Of a stretch of DNA of 64,000 nucleotides, positions 1-9,258 are shown piece after piece; position 1 is the stretch's first letter, and each line of letters opens with the position of its first letter. Source of the DNA: Gemmatimonadota bacterium (GTDB lineage Bacteria; Gemmatimonadota; Gemmatimonadetes; Palauibacterales; Palauibacteraceae); assembly GCA_963666735.1 (NCBI GenBank), contig OY762926.1:704001-768000 (forward strand), given 5' to 3'. Made by a program: the position numbers and the translations under genes. Under the pieces are notes generated by a model, which searched no databases, had not been told where the DNA came from, and saw nothing but the letters and a program-made list of their open reading frames with translations.

Positions 1-1820
1 TTTCGGCACACGTACAGATGATGTACTTCTCCAGCCTCGCCCTGGCAGCCTTCCTCGTGTATCACGTGGCCTTCCGGCTCCCCCGGCCGGCGTCGGCCGA
101 GGTGCCCCGGAGGGCCCACCTCCGCCCGCTCGCGTGGTTCGCGCTCGCGAACGTGGCCGCGGTCCTGGTCGCCGCGCCCCAGTTCTTCGCGACACTGACG
201 GTCCTCGATGACGTCACGCGCGCGGCGGGGGAGCGGGGCTACGAATTCGCGGCCTCCTGGGCTTTGCCGCCACAGGAGCTCACGGCGTTTTTCCTGCCGG
301 ATCTCGTCGGTTCGCTTCCGGGGTCCTATTGGGGACAGAACCCGATCAAGCTGCACACGGAATACCTCGGCGCCGTCCCGCTCGCGCTCGCGATTCTCGG
401 CTTATCGGCGGGCTTCGGCCGCTCGCTGGATCGCGATCACAAGAAGGTCGTATGGTTTCTTGGCGGCGCCGGCCTGCTGGGCGTCCTGTTCGCGCTCGGA
501 GCCGCGACGCCCGTGCATCGCATTGCGTATACGCTGCTGCCCATGATGTCGAGCCTGCGAGCTCCGTCGATGATGTTGGGTCCCGTGACCGTGTTCGTTG
601 CCCTGCTCGCCGCCTTTGGATGGGAGGCGGCGCTGAACCGTCGTGCCGCCGCCGGTACGGCATCGGACGATGGGACCAGTCGGAATGCCGCCTCGCGTCG
701 TTGGTCCTGGCCCGTGCTCCTGCTCGGGGGGCCGATTCTTGTGCTTGGCGCGGCGGCGGTGCTCAACCCACGGGGGCTGGCCAACTTCGCGTTGCTCTCG
801 TGGTATCCCGAGGGTTGGCCGCGCCAGCCGTCGGCGGTCTCGATCGATGCGCTGCGTCTCAACGGCCTGTTTCTCCTTGCGGGTTTCGGTCTCGCGTGGG
901 GCGCCGCCCGGGGAGTGGCGCGCCACAAGTTCGGCGTCTGGACGCTGGTTGTCGTGCTCGCGTTCGGGATCATGGACCTGTGGCGCGTGGACGCGCGCTA
1001 CCTGAGGGTGCAGGCCGCCGGCGCCACGCTCGCGACCGACCCCGTCATCGAAGCCCTGTACGAGAACGCGGAGCCGGGGCAGCGCGTGTGGGCGCCGAAT
1101 CTGCCCGGCCGTGCACCCAACTACCGCCCGAACCAGCTTGCCTACTACGGCGTGTCATCCGCGGGCGGACTTCAAAAGTTTATCCTGCGCCCGTACGCGA
1201 GACTCGTCGGCGGAATCACGCCGGACGAGGGGCTGCTCCGGCATCCGGTCGTTCGTCAGTTGCTGAACGTCCACCATCTTATTACGCCCGGCGTGCAGGA
1301 GGGTGTCGAATCGATGGCGGAGGCGGACGGGCGCCATCTCTACGAACTGTCTGCGGAGCTTCCGTACGCCTACTTCCCGGTCGGTATCGAGATGGTTGAT
1401 GATACCGTCGCCGCCGTTGCGCGCACGCTCGAGGTGTCGGATCCCGCGCGGTTGACGATCGTCGAAGCCCGGGCAGACGGCGAAGCTCCGGCGGCGGGGC
1501 AGGGGAGGGCGTCGCTCGTTCAGCACGAGCCCGATCGCGTGGTGCTGGAGGTCGCGGCGGACCGCGGGGGCCTGCTCGCGGTGAGCGAAATCCATCACCG
1601 GCGTTGGAAGGCCTTTCTCGATGGGGAAGAGGCAGGGGTGTGGCGGGTGAATACGGCGTTCCGCGGCGTTGAAGTGCCCGCCGGGAGGCATGAACTCGTC
1701 TTCGAGTACCGGAGCCCTCCGTTCAGCCTCGGTGTCTGGGTCAGTCTCCTGACGATCGCGGGTCTCCTGGTGAGCATCCTGATCTCCTGGCGGCGTCGGC
1801 CCCGAGGATCGGAAGCGTGA
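1..1820 (+). CDS. YfhO-family (GT-C-like) multi-pass membrane glycosyltransferase, 5' truncated by window edge
   Basis: Frame is open from the window start (SAHVQMMYF). Many TM segments, YWG..P...TEYLG motif, and a C-terminal 'WKAFLDG...RVNTAFRGVEVPAGRHELVFEY' typical of YfhO proteins. Confidence 0.75.
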   Translation, partial: SAHVQMMYFSSLALAAFLVYHVAFRLPRPASAEVPRRAHLRPLAWFALANVAAVLVAAPQFFATLTVLDDVTRAAGERGYEFAASWALPPQELTAFFLPDLVGSLPGSYWGQNPIKLHTEYLGAVPLALAILGLSAGFGRSLDRDHKKVVWFLGGAGLLGVLFALGAATPVHRIAYTLLPMMSSLRAPSMMLGPVTVFVALLAAFGWEAALNRRAAAGTASDDGTSRNAASRRWSWPVLLLGGPILVLGAAAVLNPRGLANFALLSWYPEGWPRQPSAVSIDALRLNGLFLLAGFGLAWGAARGVARHKFGVWTLVVVLAFGIMDLWRVDARYLRVQAAGATLATDPVIEALYENAEPGQRVWAPNLPGRAPNYRPNQLAYYGVSSAGGLQKFILRPYARLVGGITPDEGLLRHPVVRQLLNVHHLITPGVQEGVESMAEADGRHLYELSAELPYAYFPVGIEMVDDTVAAVARTLEVSDPARLTIVEARADGEAPAAGQGRASLVQHEPDRVVLEVAADRGGLLAVSEIHHRRWKAFLDGEEAGVWRVNTAFRGVEVPAGRHELVFEYRSPPFSLGVWVSLLTIAGLLVSILISWRRRPRGSEA

Positions 1821-2818
1821 CCGCGGGCCGCGCCGGCGCCACGCCGGGGCGCCGGTGGGTCGCGTTTGGAACCGCCGTCTTTCTCCTCGCCGCCCTGGCC
1901 GCGGTCGGCTTGGCGTTTTCCGGCAGTTGGGCCGCGTGGGGGGACCTCGAGGCATCGGGCATGTCCCGCTGGCGAGTGCGGCCTCTTTGGCTGGCCGCTG
2001 CGGTCGGTTGCGAAGTGGCGGCCCTCTGCGCGAGCGGTATGATCTGGGCCTGGCTGTTCCGGAGGGCGGGCGGCAGGGCGGGGGTTCCGGAAGCGGCCGC
2101 GGCGTGGCTCGGTTCCAATCTCGGCCGTTATCTGCCGGGAAAGATCTGGCAGGTCACCGGGTTGGTGGCCTACGTCCGGGGCCGGGGGGATTCCGGCGCG
2201 ACGGCCTTCACCACGCTCATCGCCTTCCAGGCCGCCGTTGTAGCTACGGGTGTCTCCCTGGCCCTCGCAGTGCTCGGCGCCGGCGCGTTCGAGGGAGTAG
2301 GCAGGTGGCCGCTGGTCGCGGGCGGCCTGGCCCTCGCCGCCGCGCTTACGCCGCCCGTCCTGCGCTTCGTCATGCGAATGGGGCGTCGCCTGCTGCGCGA
2401 GACAACAGCGCACGGCGATGCCGAGCTGGACGGGGGACTCCTGTGCCGCGCGGTGCTGGGAAGCCTGTTGATCTGGCTCCTCCACGGGCTCGGTTTCCTG
2501 GCGTTGCTCGAAGGGTTGGTGCTCGAAAACACGATCGGTTTCGCGATGGCCCTGGGCGTCTTTTCGGGATCCTACGTGGTGGGCTACGCGGCTCTGGTGG
2601 CACCCGGAGGGCTGGTCGTGCGTGAGGGCGCGATCATCGGCCTGCTGACCGCGATGACCGCGATTCCGGCCGGACCTGCGGCCGCGCTCGCGTTGGCGGC
2701 CCGCCTCTGGACGACGGCCGCGGAGTTGACCTCCTTCGGCCTGGCCGTGGCCTTCCGGCGATCCGCGGGGGCACAACAGGATGATTCGCGGATGCGGGAT
2801 TCGCCCGGGAGTCGATAA
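1817..2818 (+). CDS. Lysylphosphatidylglycerol-synthase TM domain / UPF0104 flippase-like membrane protein
   Basis: GTGA overlap with upstream gene. Motifs 'SNLGRYLPGKIWQ' and 'PGGLVVREG'; multi-TM. Confidence 0.75.
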   Translation: MTAGRAGATPGRRWVAFGTAVFLLAALAAVGLAFSGSWAAWGDLEASGMSRWRVRPLWLAAAVGCEVAALCASGMIWAWLFRRAGGRAGVPEAAAAWLGSNLGRYLPGKIWQVTGLVAYVRGRGDSGATAFTTLIAFQAAVVATGVSLALAVLGAGAFEGVGRWPLVAGGLALAAALTPPVLRFVMRMGRRLLRETTAHGDAELDGGLLCRAVLGSLLIWLLHGLGFLALLEGLVLENTIGFAMALGVFSGSYVVGYAALVAPGGLVVREGAIIGLLTAMTAIPAGPAAALALAARLWTTAAELTSFGLAVAFRRSAGAQQDDSRMRDSPGSR

Positions 2819-2830
2819 GTTGTCGGCCTA

Positions 2831-3622
2831 ATGAGCCCCGACAGATCCGCTGCCTCGCCCCCGGATTCCGACCGGGATCGCATCTCCGCTTCCGCTGCCA
2901 CAGGCAGCGGGCGCGGGCTCGTCATCCTTCCCACGTACAACGAGATCGATTCGATCGCCGGGATCGTAGAGCGCGTGCTGGCGCGGGACGGCCGGCTCTC
3001 GGTCCTCGTCGTCGACGACGCATCTCCCGATGGCACGGGCGCCCTCGTTGACTCGCTTGCCGCCGCGGAACCGCGCGTGAACGTTCTGCACAGGGAAGGG
3101 AAGTCGGGGCTCGGGACCGCCTACATCGCGGGTTTCCGCTGGGCGCTCGAGCGGGATTTTGAGTGGATCTTCGAGATGGACGCCGATGGATCGCACGACG
3201 CGCGGTATCTTTCCGACATGATCGCGGCGACCGCCCGCTTCGATGTCGTCGTCGGATCTCGTTATACTGCGGGGGTGAACGTCATCAACTGGCCGATGTC
3301 GCGTCTGCTCCTCAGCTACTACGCGAACAAGTACGCGCGCATCGCCACGGGACTGCGCCTCGCCGACTCCACGAGCGGCTTCAAGTGCTTCGCGCGCCGC
3401 GTGCTGGAGACGATCGACCTCGACCGCGTGGGGTCGACCGGGTACACGTTCCAGATTGAAATGAACTTCCGCGCCTGGAAGAAAGGGTTCCGCGTAGGGG
3501 AAGTGCCCATCGTGTTCACCGACCGCCGCCTCGGACAGAGCAAGATGTCGGGGGCGATCGTGCGTGAGGCGGTGTGGCGGGTGTGGGCGCTGCGCCTGCG
3601 GTCCCTCATCGGGAGGCTGTGA
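2831..3622 (+). CDS. Polyprenol monophosphomannose synthase (Dpm1/Ppm1-like GT2)
   Basis: ILPTYNE, VVDDASPDGTG, GKSGLGTAY, EMDADGSH, DSTSGFKCF and FTDRRLGQSKMS motifs. Confidence 0.88.
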   Translation: MSPDRSAASPPDSDRDRISASAATGSGRGLVILPTYNEIDSIAGIVERVLARDGRLSVLVVDDASPDGTGALVDSLAAAEPRVNVLHREGKSGLGTAYIAGFRWALERDFEWIFEMDADGSHDARYLSDMIAATARFDVVVGSRYTAGVNVINWPMSRLLLSYYANKYARIATGLRLADSTSGFKCFARRVLETIDLDRVGSTGYTFQIEMNFRAWKKGFRVGEVPIVFTDRRLGQSKMSGAIVREAVWRVWALRLRSLIGRL

Positions 3623-4527
3623 TGGCCAAGAACCGGACGATGTCGTACGTCCCATCCCGGCGGGAGCCCGAGCGTCCGGCGATCGACTACGAGAATCATC
3701 CGGTCTTCTCGACGCGGCCGCGGTGGAGGTGCGAGGCCCACCGCATCATCTTCGGCAACCTGACCCGGGCCGGCCGGCTGTTCGACCTCATCCTCATCGG
3801 CGCCATCCTCGCCAGCGTCGTCGTCGTGATGCTGGAGAGCGTGCAGGACTTCGATGTGCGCGCGCGAGGCCTGCTGTGGACGCTCGAATGGGTGTTCACC
3901 GTGCTGTTCACGATCGAGTATGCGTTCCGCCTCATCTCCGCGGAGCGCTCCGGCGGATACGCTCGTTCGTTCTTCGGGATCGTCGACCTGCTGGCCGTCC
4001 TGCCCAACTTCGTGGGGTTGCTGATCCCCGGAGGGCAGGCGCTCGCCGTCATCCGCGTGCTGCGGGTGCTGCGGGTGTTCAGGGTTCTGAAGCTCGCCCA
4101 GTTCGTGGGCGGAGAACGGCTCCTGATCAGCGCCCTGCGTTCGAGCGCCTACAAGATCGCCGTCTTCATCGTCGCGGTGCTCGTCGTGGTGACGGTCGTG
4201 GGCGCGGCGATGTACGTGATCGAGGGAGCGGCGGCGGGCTTCAGCAGCATCCCCCGCGGCGTCTACTGGGCCATCGTGACCGTGACGACGGTGGGTTTCG
4301 GCGACATCACGCCCCAGACCCCGGCGGGGCAGATGCTCGCGGCGCTTCTCATGATCCTGGGGTACGGCGTGATCGCCGTCCCGACGGGCATCGTGACGGC
4401 CGAGATCACGGGTCGTGGAGCGGACCTGCGCGCCGCCATGGAGCGGATGTGCCTGCGCTGCGCCTCGCCGGGCCATGACGAGGATGCCAGCCACTGCAAG
4501 CACTGCGGTACCGAACTTCTTGAATGA
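3622..4527 (+). CDS. Voltage-gated potassium channel (ion transporter) with C-terminal Zn-ribbon
   Basis: S4 segment RVLRVLRVFRVLK, selectivity filter TTVGFGD, C-terminal CLRC...CKHC. ATG overlaps the upstream stop (TGATG). Confidence 0.9.
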   Translation: MAKNRTMSYVPSRREPERPAIDYENHPVFSTRPRWRCEAHRIIFGNLTRAGRLFDLILIGAILASVVVVMLESVQDFDVRARGLLWTLEWVFTVLFTIEYAFRLISAERSGGYARSFFGIVDLLAVLPNFVGLLIPGGQALAVIRVLRVLRVFRVLKLAQFVGGERLLISALRSSAYKIAVFIVAVLVVVTVVGAAMYVIEGAAAGFSSIPRGVYWAIVTVTTVGFGDITPQTPAGQMLAALLMILGYGVIAVPTGIVTAEITGRGADLRAAMERMCLRCASPGHDEDASHCKHCGTELLE

Positions 4528-4546
4528 CCCGGCAGGATTGAAGGGC

Positions 4547-6859
4547 ATGTCCTTCCTGCGCACGCGGCGTGGACCGCCGCGGCGTGCCGGCCGACTCGTG
4601 CGAGCTGTGTTCGGCGGCGGCGTGGCGGCCGTGAGTGCGGTCTCGGGGCTCGCGGCCCAGGCGGCAGGGGGCGGGGAGGTGGACGTCGAGGCGCTCCGCT
4701 CGCCCGTTCCCGTGGCCATCCCGCGCATCTCGGAGGAGATCGAACTCGACGGGGTCGTGGACGAGCCCATCTGGGACACCATCGAACCCCTCCCGCTGTT
4801 CAACCTCTCCCCTACCCACGGGAGCGAACTGACGGAACGGACCGAGCTTCGGCTCGCGCACGACGACCGGTATCTCTACGCCTCGGGGCGAATGTACGAC
4901 TCGAATCCGGGCGGGATCCGCGTAAACACCTTCTACCGGGACATCTACAGCGGGGACGACCTGCTGTCGTTCGTGGTCGACAGCTACAACGATTACGAGA
5001 CGGCGCTCTGGTTCGCCACCACGCCGGCGGGCGTCCGCCACGACCGCTCCATATCGAATGACGCCCAGTTCTCCGGCGACCTGCCTCCGTTCAACCAGGA
5101 CTGGAACGCCCACTGGGACGTGGTCACCACGCGGACCGGCGAGGGCTGGTTCGCCGAGTTCCGCATCCCGTTTTCGACGCTGGGCTTCCAGGCCGAGGGC
5201 GACGAAGTCACGATGGGGATCACCATCTATCGCTATATCGGCCGCAAGAACGAACGTCAGGTATATCCGGCCATCGCGCGGGAGTGGGGCCGGCTGGCGT
5301 TCATGAAACCGTCGCAGACCCAGCGCGTGACGCTGCGCGACGTGCGGCCCACGGCGCCGGTCTACCTGACCCCTTACATCCTCGGCGGCCTCAACCAGAC
5401 GCCGGTGCTTCGGGAACCCTCCGGGGCGGCGGCCTTCTGGGCCACGGACCGCGATCCGACGACGGAGCCCGGCATCGACCTCAAGTACTCGCCGTCCTCC
5501 AACCTGGCCATCGACCTCACGGTGAACACCGACTTCGCCCAGGTCGAGGCGGACGACCAGCAGATCAACCTCACGCGCTTCTCCCTTTTCTTTCCCGAGA
5601 AGCGGCAGTTTTTCCAGGAGCGTTCCTCGACGTTCGACTTCGGGACGGGCGGGTTCACGGATCGCGTGTTCTTCAGTCGGAGGGTCGGACTCGAGAGGGG
5701 GGAACTCGTCCGGATCTACGGGGGCGCGAGACTCGTGGGCCGCGTCGGAGGCCTCGACTACGGCGTCCTGAACATGCAGACAGCTCCCGCCGGTGGCCGC
5801 TCGGGGGAGAATGTGGGCGTGATGCGGCTCAAGCAGCAGATCCTCAACCCGTATTCCTACGTGGGCGGCATCGTCGCGACGCGCCTCGGGGCGAACGGCC
5901 AGGACAACGTCGCTTACGGTCTGGATACCCAGGTGCGCCCGTTCGGCAACGAGTACTTCACCCTGACGTGGGCCCAGACCTTCGACGAGGAGGTGCGTGA
6001 ACGGAACGTTCTCGACCAGGCGCTCTTCCGCGCCCGCTGGGAACGGCGAACGGATCGCGGGCTGTGGTACAACCTCTACTATCGCCGGGTGGGGCCCGAC
6101 TACACGCCGCGCCTCGGGTTCCAGCTACGGAGCGATTTCACGCTCTTCGGGGGGCAGCTCGCCCACACGTGGCTCCAGGGCCCGAGCGCGTCGCTCAACA
6201 CGATCACCCCCTCGGTGACGACCGAGAGCTACTACCGCAACGCCGGTCTCACGCCCGAGTCGCGCTCGATCCGCCCCGAGGTTGAGTTTTCCTTCAAGTC
6301 GGGTTCGACGATCACCCCGTACTCGAACACGCAGTTCGAGGACATACGGATCCCGTTCGACATCGGGGAGCTGTCGATCCCGCCGGGCGAATACCGGTTC
6401 ACGGAAGCGGGCATCGATTGGATGCTGCCGCGCACCGCGATCTTCCGGGGCGACATTCGGACGACCGTGGGACGCTTCTACGACGGGCGCCGCGTCGGCC
6501 TGATCTTCAACCCGACCTGGAGCGCATCCCGCTACCTGGAGATCGGAGGCGGCTACGAGGTGAACCGGATCGAGTTCCCCGGCCGCGGCGAGACGGCGAC
6601 GACCCACCTCGGCCGGGTGAAGCTCTCCTTCGCCCTGAACCGCAGCCTCTCCCTCAGTACCTTCGCGCAGTACAACAACCTCGACGAACGGACCAGCATC
6701 AACGCGCGCTTCCGCTACCACTTCCGGGAGGGCACGGACCTCTGGGTCGTCTATAATGAAGGGGTGAACTTCGAGCGCGACCGGGGCTTCGATCCGAGGC
6801 TGCCCTGGTCGGCGGGACGGACCATCATGGTCAAGTACTCCCACACATTCAGCTGGTAG
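4547..6859 (+). CDS. DUF5916-like outer-membrane protein with N-terminal CBM9/DOMON-like domain (paralog 1)
   Basis: Signal-like N-terminus; LDGVVDEPIW...W.AEFRIPFSTL (CBM9-like); DLTVNTDFAQVEADDQQINLTRFSLFFPEKRQFFQE and FFSRRVG motifs; C-terminal aromatic residue (W). Confidence 0.75.
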   Translation: MSFLRTRRGPPRRAGRLVRAVFGGGVAAVSAVSGLAAQAAGGGEVDVEALRSPVPVAIPRISEEIELDGVVDEPIWDTIEPLPLFNLSPTHGSELTERTELRLAHDDRYLYASGRMYDSNPGGIRVNTFYRDIYSGDDLLSFVVDSYNDYETALWFATTPAGVRHDRSISNDAQFSGDLPPFNQDWNAHWDVVTTRTGEGWFAEFRIPFSTLGFQAEGDEVTMGITIYRYIGRKNERQVYPAIAREWGRLAFMKPSQTQRVTLRDVRPTAPVYLTPYILGGLNQTPVLREPSGAAAFWATDRDPTTEPGIDLKYSPSSNLAIDLTVNTDFAQVEADDQQINLTRFSLFFPEKRQFFQERSSTFDFGTGGFTDRVFFSRRVGLERGELVRIYGGARLVGRVGGLDYGVLNMQTAPAGGRSGENVGVMRLKQQILNPYSYVGGIVATRLGANGQDNVAYGLDTQVRPFGNEYFTLTWAQTFDEEVRERNVLDQALFRARWERRTDRGLWYNLYYRRVGPDYTPRLGFQLRSDFTLFGGQLAHTWLQGPSASLNTITPSVTTESYYRNAGLTPESRSIRPEVEFSFKSGSTITPYSNTQFEDIRIPFDIGELSIPPGEYRFTEAGIDWMLPRTAIFRGDIRTTVGRFYDGRRVGLIFNPTWSASRYLEIGGGYEVNRIEFPGRGETATTHLGRVKLSFALNRSLSLSTFAQYNNLDERTSINARFRYHFREGTDLWVVYNEGVNFERDRGFDPRLPWSAGRTIMVKYSHTFSW

Positions 6860-6960
6860 GAGGGGGCGGGCGCCCTCCGCTGCCCGGATTGAACTCTCGA
6901 GCTCGGCGGAGTGTTCTCTTGGCGAGCAAACCTCCCGGTTTCACTCCCGACCCTGGATGC

Positions 6961-9258
6961 ATGCCGTTGACCCACATCGGCCGTCGATGTCAGCGACTCG
7001 CGGCTCCGTGCGCGTGGATCGTGCCGGTCTTTCTGCTCGCGGCTCCCGGGCTCTCCGCACAGGCTGGAGGCTCGGAAACCGACAGTGCGGCGCGCCGGTC
7101 GTCCGTGCCGGTGCCGATCCCCAGGTTCACGGGCGAGATCGACGTCGACGGCGTGGTGGACGAGCCGGCATGGGACGCGATCGAGCCGCTGCCGATGTTC
7201 ATGTGGGCTCCCACCCACGGCGGGGCGATGACGGAGCGGACCGAGGTCCGGCTCGCGCACGACGACGAGTTCCTCTACCTGTCCGGGCGGATGTACGACT
7301 CGAATCCGGAAGGGATCCGCTCGAACACCTTCCTGCGGGACGCGTTCAGCGGCGACGATCTCCTCTCGGTCGTGATCGACAGCTACAACGACTACGAGAC
7401 CGGGGTCTGGCTCGGGACCACGCCCGCCGGCATCCGCCAGGATCGCTCCCTTTCCAACGACGGCGATTTCACGGGCGACGTGATGCCGTTCAACGTCGAC
7501 TGGAACGCCCACTGGCACGTCCTCACCTCTCGGAACGAGGAGGGGTGGTCCGCCGAATACCGGATTCCGTTCTCCACGCTGGGATTCCAGGCGGAAGGGG
7601 ACGAAGTGACGATGGGGATCATCGTCTACCGCTTCATCGCCCGGAAGAACGAGCGCCACGTCTTCCCGTTCATCGGCCGCGAATGGGGGCAGGGGGGGTT
7701 CCTCAAGCCGTCGCAGGGCCAGCGGATGACCCTTCGGGAGGTCCGGCCCGCGACACCGGTGTACGTGACCCCTTACGCGCTCGCCGGACTCAGCCGGACG
7801 CCGGTCCTCAGGGAGCCGTCCGGCGCCGCTTCCTTCTGGGGGACCGCGCAGGACCAGGTGACGGAGCCCGGCATCGACCTCAAGTACTCCCCTTCGTCGA
7901 ACCTGGCCATCGATCTCACCGTCAACACCGATTTCGCCCAGGTGGAGGCGGACGACCAGCAGGTGAACCTGACCCGCTTCTCTCTCTTCTTCCCCGAGAA
8001 ACGCCAGTTCTTCCAGGAGCGCTCATCGACCTTCGACTTCGGGACGGGAGGCTTCACCGACCGCGTGTTCTTCAGCCGGCGGATCGGTCTCGAACGGGGA
8101 GAAATCGTCCGCATCTACGGGGGCGCGAGGCTGGTGGGCCGGCTCGGGGGCCTGGACTTCGGGCTCCTCAACATGCAGACGGCCCCCGCCGCCGGCCGGC
8201 CGGGCGAGAACATGGGCGTCATGCGCCTCAAGCAGCAGGTGCTCAATCCGTATTCGTTCGTCGGGGGGATCCTCGCGACGCGCTACGGTTCCAACGGCGA
8301 GGACAACGTCGCCTACGGGCTGGACACGCAGGTGCGTCCCTTCGGAGATGAGTACCTCACGCTGACGTGGGCGCAGACCCGGGACGAGGTGGTCCGGGAG
8401 CGCAACGCGCTCGACGCGAGTCTCATCCGTGCCCGCTGGGAGCGGCGGACGGACCGCGGCATGTGGTACAACCTCTACTACCGCCGCGTGGGTCCGGATT
8501 ACGTGCCGCGCCTCGGCTTCCAGCTGCGGAGGGACTTCACGCTGTACGGCGGCCAGCTCGCGCATACCTGGCTCGGGGGCCCGAGCGCCACGGTGAACGC
8601 CGTCACTCTCCTGGTGATGGGCGAAAACTATCACCGCAACACGGACCTCACGGTGGAGTCCCGCTCGATCCGCCCATCGGTGTCGTTCGATTTCAAGTCG
8701 ACCGCGAACATCACGGCCTATGCGAACGCGCAGTTCGAGGACATCGAGGTCCCGTTCCGAATCGGGGAGGTGTCGATCCCGCCCGGCGGGTACGACTTCA
8801 CCGAGGCCGGGATCGACTGGATGCTGCCGCGGAGCACAATCTTCCGGGGCGGTATCAGGACGACGGTCGGGAGCTTCTATGACGGGCGGCGCGTGGGCCT
8901 CATCTTCAACCCCACCTGGACCGTGTCCCGTTACCTTGAGGTCGTGGGCGGCTACGAGGTGAACCGGATCGAGTTCCCCGGCCGGGGCGAGGCTGCGACG
9001 ACCCAACTCGGCCGGCTGCGGCTCAACTTCGCGTTCAACACGCACCTTTCGTTCAGCACTTTCGCGCAGTACAACAACCTCGACAACCGGACGAGCATCA
9101 ATGCGCGCTTCCGTTATCACTTCAGGGAGGGCACGGATCTCTGGATTGTGTATAATGAGGGGTTGAATTTCGAACGGGACCGGGGGTTCGATCCGAGGCT
9201 GCCGTGGTCCGCGGGACGAAACATCATGATCAAGTACTCCCACACCTTCATCTGGTGA
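6961..9258 (+). CDS. DUF5916-like outer-membrane protein (paralog 2)
   Basis: Colinear with and closely similar to paralog 1; same motifs; ends YSHTFIW. Confidence 0.75.
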   Translation: MPLTHIGRRCQRLAAPCAWIVPVFLLAAPGLSAQAGGSETDSAARRSSVPVPIPRFTGEIDVDGVVDEPAWDAIEPLPMFMWAPTHGGAMTERTEVRLAHDDEFLYLSGRMYDSNPEGIRSNTFLRDAFSGDDLLSVVIDSYNDYETGVWLGTTPAGIRQDRSLSNDGDFTGDVMPFNVDWNAHWHVLTSRNEEGWSAEYRIPFSTLGFQAEGDEVTMGIIVYRFIARKNERHVFPFIGREWGQGGFLKPSQGQRMTLREVRPATPVYVTPYALAGLSRTPVLREPSGAASFWGTAQDQVTEPGIDLKYSPSSNLAIDLTVNTDFAQVEADDQQVNLTRFSLFFPEKRQFFQERSSTFDFGTGGFTDRVFFSRRIGLERGEIVRIYGGARLVGRLGGLDFGLLNMQTAPAAGRPGENMGVMRLKQQVLNPYSFVGGILATRYGSNGEDNVAYGLDTQVRPFGDEYLTLTWAQTRDEVVRERNALDASLIRARWERRTDRGMWYNLYYRRVGPDYVPRLGFQLRRDFTLYGGQLAHTWLGGPSATVNAVTLLVMGENYHRNTDLTVESRSIRPSVSFDFKSTANITAYANAQFEDIEVPFRIGEVSIPPGGYDFTEAGIDWMLPRSTIFRGGIRTTVGSFYDGRRVGLIFNPTWTVSRYLEVVGGYEVNRIEFPGRGEAATTQLGRLRLNFAFNTHLSFSTFAQYNNLDNRTSINARFRYHFREGTDLWIVYNEGLNFERDRGFDPRLPWSAGRNIMIKYSHTFIW

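Noticed and set aside
6859..6960. Terminator or promoter between DUF5916 paralogs 1 and 2
   Set aside because: GC hairpin without U-tract and only a weak -35/-10 match; insufficient support.
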